From: a virus
Taxonomy: Duplodnaviria > Caudoviricetes
Virus record (IMG/VR): IMGVR_UViG_3300005758_000087
Span: 17,683-81,682 of that record
Reading direction: 5' to 3' (one strand)
DNA: 64,000 nucleotides
Shown: positions 63,740 to 64,000 of the stretch, piece by piece
Layout: every line of letters starts with the position of its first letter
Numbering within the stretch: position 1 is the first letter of the stretch
Translations under genes and position numbers: made by a program
Notes under the pieces: model-generated
Databases searched by the model: none
What the model saw: the letters and a program-made list of their open reading frames with translations, nothing else
Told to the model about the DNA's origin: nothing

Positions 63740-64000
63740 CTACTTTCCCGCATTTTCATAAATGTGTTTCTGAGCTTGATACCAATCTTGCCAACCTTCG
63801 ACTAGCACTGCACATTCATAATAGGATGTGTAGTTGTTTACCACAACAGTAGCTACTTCACTTAGTTTTGCGTCTTCTTTTACTTTTGACAATGCAGGAC
63901 ACTTAGACATTAGCTTATCGGGTGCTTCTGGAAATTTAGCTGTTACTGGAACTGTAGTTGAGCATCCGGCTACCATTATGGATAGAATAACAACAATTTT
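63740..64000 (-). CDS. Lipoprotein, probable outer-membrane spanin (Rz1-like), 5' end off window
   Basis: Frame open to the edge: KIVVILSIMVAGC lipobox; Pro-rich KFPEAP..LMSKCPAL. Confidence 0.75.
   Translation of the reverse strand, partial: KIVVILSIMVAGCSTTVPVTAKFPEAPDKLMSKCPALSKVKEDAKLSEVATVVVNNYTSYYECAVLVEGWQDWYQAQKHIYENAGK

Overview
A 64 kb AT-rich segment of a large T4-like (jumbo-type) myophage. The host is probably Gram-negative (spanin-like lipoprotein, perfect sigma70 early promoters). The standard genetic code is used, and about 90 densely packed genes lie mostly on the minus strand. Recognisable T4-type core genes: head completion gp4, tail tube gp19, sheath gp18, neck gp13/gp14, tail terminator gp15, large terminase gp17, SSB gp32, helicase gp41, primase gp61, UvsX/UvsY/UvsW, dNMP kinase and a gp62-like protein. 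Also present: several tail-fibre/baseplate proteins, a GH19 lysin, MazG, NUDIX, pirin, a DEDDh exonuclease, a PD-(D/E)xK exonuclease, a methyltransferase and a secreted thermonuclease. Late genes carry a relaxed (G/C/T)(A)TAAATA promoter. The least explained parts are: (1) a 6.4 kb early operon (26815->20413) of 20 translationally coupled small ORFs joined by a repeated 15-nt junction, holding two paralog families with constant/variable architecture, ORFs carrying short pieces that resemble the gp23 major capsid protein, a stand-alone GGQ release-factor domain and membrane micropeptides; (2) a seven-gene tandem array of a small aromatic-rich domain (44156-46040); (3) a 197-aa miniature DnaE next to a 3'-5' exonuclease, probably one half of a split C-family polymerase. 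No tRNA, rRNA, CRISPR array, integrase or reverse transcriptase was seen. All family assignments come from motif recognition by eye, not from database searches.
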